The notes under the pieces: model-generated
What the model saw: the letters and a program-made list of their open reading frames with translations, nothing else
What the model was told of the DNA's origin: nothing
Database searches by the model: none
Shown: one piece after another, positions 61,690 to 64,000 of the stretch
Position numbering within the stretch: position 1 is the stretch's first letter
How the letters are laid out: each line of letters starts with the position of its first letter
Made by a program: the position numbers and the translations under genes
Source of the DNA: Spirogloea muscicola
Taxonomy: Eukaryota
Assembly: GCA_009602725.1 (NCBI GenBank)
Contig: WELB01000007.1
Coordinates: 1,388,213 to 1,452,212 of the forward strand
Length of the DNA stretch: 64,000 nucleotides
Reading direction: 5' to 3'

Positions 61690-62320
61690 TCATTCTTTTT
61701 CGGGCTGGTTATTCCAGCCCCTATTCTCAATGGGCGAGCACTTTCTTCCTTTTCTTCATTCCCCCCTTGGCGGCGTGCGGTGTCTGGACGCGGTCGCCAA
61801 CGCAGCCCCCCGGGGCAGCTTGCTCCTAGCTTGTCCTTCCGCTGGTGAGTGTGAAGTTGTCGGATACGGCCGAGCAGGCCCGACATCAACGCCGCTGGCT
61901 CGCCAGCGCAAGTGTCGCATGCCCCTGTCCATTAGCTGCAACGGTCCATGGCCCACGCCTTGCATCCTCGTGCTGGCCTTGCTCTAGCTGCAGCCTCTGG
62001 CTTTCGTCAAGGAAATTGGTTTCCGGCGGCTCGTCTTTCTGACTTGCGGCTACTAAGTAGAGGTGACTAAGTAAATATCCTACATGGTCCTTGCTTAGTA
62101 ACGTCATTCAGCACTTTTCGGCGCTTTTAAACCTTGCAAATTCAATCTCAATTGATTTTCATTTCTTTTTGGGCTGGCTATTCACAGCCCTCGCCCCCTT
62201 TGGGAGGGCCATTTTCTCTTTACCTTACTATCTCGATTGTGGGCTGGCCTTTGCACAGGAGGAGTGAAAAGGCAAGCGGCGCGGGTGAGGTGAAAGGGCA
62301 GCCAAGCCGAGCCAGTGCAT
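61690..62320 (+). repeat. Dispersed GGGCTGG element copies (61702, 62171, 62241) plus degenerate partner motif (~62278-62320)
   Basis: TTTCTTTTTGGGCTGGCTATTCACAGCCCTCGCCCCCTTTGGGAGGGCCATTT at 62162-62214. Confidence 0.7.
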
Positions 62321-62585
62321 TGTTCAGGCCAAAAGCAAGTGCAAAGATGGGGCTACACAAATCGGAGCACCGGAAAAGAAGGCTCCTCCAGAAGGACGGC
62401 TGTGATGGGCCAGCTTGAACAAAGGGCGAGGCCCATGGGGAAGCCCCAAGGACGGCTTAAGCCACTAACCTATGCTAATGCTAATGAAAATAATTTGTAC
62501 TAATTGGCTGCCCAGGTCTGCCTGTGGCGGGACAATGCACCCAGAGTCTGTTTTTGGCAGTACCCATATGCAACAGATGCGGTAG

Positions 62586-63830
62586 CTACCTTCTGCTCAG
62601 GTCAAGCCTGCGCTTCAGAATGTCACCTGCCATTGCTGGCAGCATTCTGGTGACACCATGCTCTTTAAGCATGCGGACTACGTTGAGGCCCACCTCTGCC
62701 ATTAGGGCATCTGAAGGATTGCTGTGCTGGGGCAGGTCTTCAGCAGAGGCAATCATGAGAAGGGCAGCTGAGGCTTCCTCTGTAGGAAGCCTCAAGAGGG
62801 TGCATGTGTCTCGCAGGTTTCGAAAGAAGCTGGCAGGTTTGGCCGTAAATTTCTGAAACACAGAGAACAAGACTTCCGCATCTGCAGTGACTTGCTTTGC
62901 CCCCAGCTCACTGAAGCTAGCCCCACCAAGGACCAATTTATTCATCAGGTACTGATCCAGCCCTGCCGCAATCCTCCTCCATGTGTCCACAAAGATGAAC
63001 TCGTCCATCACCCTGCTGAGTGCATCCAGCTTTGCCTCCAGCTCCAGCACAGCCTCCAACAGCCTTTGGGAAGGAAGGAGAGGCCGTTCTGCTGACCTGC
63101 TCAACGAACCTGCAGCTGTTACTTGTTCTTTGGGGGATTCAAGTCAAATACGACCTTGCAGACACCAAGTACAGTATACCAAGCCCCTTCTATCTTTTAA
63201 GACGTTACTGGGCATACCAACAATTGTCTGGATCGACGTAAGCATGCCCACCTTTGTAGAGTTTGAGCGGTGTTGTCCTCCCGCCATCTCTTTTTGTCTT
63301 GCACATATTCTGTGCACCTAGCTCCAAACGCTCTGATTATGGCTGATACAATCTTCCCTGTCCATTCCTGCAGCAAACAAACAAGATTACTAATCACCTA
63401 GATTTTCAGATGCTTCTCTCATCTAGCGGCGTTGGAAACCAGCCAGCAAAAGACTTTCCTGCCTCTCACATTGCATCTGGAATGACAAATTTCTGAGATG
63501 GTACACAGTGAGGGTGATGGCATAAAGGATGTTGTTGGTAACAGTTCACTTGACCAATGCAGGCCATCGAGAATATGAACAGCATAAGAAGACAGCAGAA
63601 GTGGAAGGCAGCTCACATCAGCAAATGACATGAGGTCTGCAAGCTCCTCCTGAAAGACAGATTGCTCATCTGCTTCAGACGTAGCATCACCTCCTTGTCC
63701 ATCATCTGCAAAGGAATGCAGTAGCTCTGCCATGGGCACCTCTTCACTCCATTCTGCAGCAACAAAGGTCCAGAGGTGTCTAAGTCCTTCACCAACTCCT
63801 TACCACTATTGCAGACGGGCAGGATTGAAG
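62586..63830 (-). CDS. RINT1/TIP20-like tethering protein (MAG2), 3' part; continues beyond the window
   Basis: LQNGVKRCPW region in frame with AEWSEEVPMAEL, SVFQEEL, EWTGKIVSAIIRAFGARC.EY, F..WRRIAAGLDQYL..LVLGG..FS..G..Q...D...LF.VF..F..KP..FF. Confidence 0.75.
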
Positions 63831-64000
63831 CACTTTGTGGGCTTTAAGAAAGCCGATGAGCTTCAGCTAGATGTTACTCGCAAAATATCAGCTGCTGACA
63901 AGCCATCAGCTTGGCACGTATATGCACCTTGCAAGTAATTTGCGACATAGCGAGCTGCATTTAGGCATCGAGCCACCTGTGTCATTGACACGCGCTGATC

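Noticed and set aside
61477..62107. Possible coding fragment between the gap and the RINT1 3' end
   Set aside because: In-frame stops, interrupted by the dispersed element, no recognisable homology

Overview
Eukaryotic, intron-rich nuclear DNA from a green-lineage organism. An early-diverging streptophyte alga is inferred from the gene set (DUF810/PATROL1-like, FAD4, MET1, BEACH-B), a plant-type U6 promoter and a U12-type intron. It holds about 14 multi-exon protein genes: unc-13/PATROL1-like, katanin p60, a TPR-like protein, MET1/ZKT, ELP6, NOP56, an FAD monooxygenase, a second TPR protein, FAD4, a DHH phosphoesterase, a BEACH-domain protein, GLTP, an EF-hand TMEM65-like protein and RINT1/MAG2. 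Most sit in head-to-head pairs whose GC-rich 5' ends fall in assembly gaps. CDS coordinates are spans of spliced genes, not single ORFs. Non-coding highlights are: (1) a U6 snRNA gene with USE/TATA promoter and a duplicated 3' end; (2) a ~224-nt box C/D RNA candidate in a NOP56 intron whose two guides look complementary to the D-arm of class II (Leu/Ser) tRNAs; (3) a tandemly duplicated pseudouridylation-guide-like hairpin; (4) a long intronic fold-back resembling a pre-miRNA; (5) a ~55-bp palindromic GGGCTG-N8-CAGCCC dispersed element plus a partner motif, seen only outside the recognised genes. RNA target matches use remembered plant/animal sequences and need computational confirmation.
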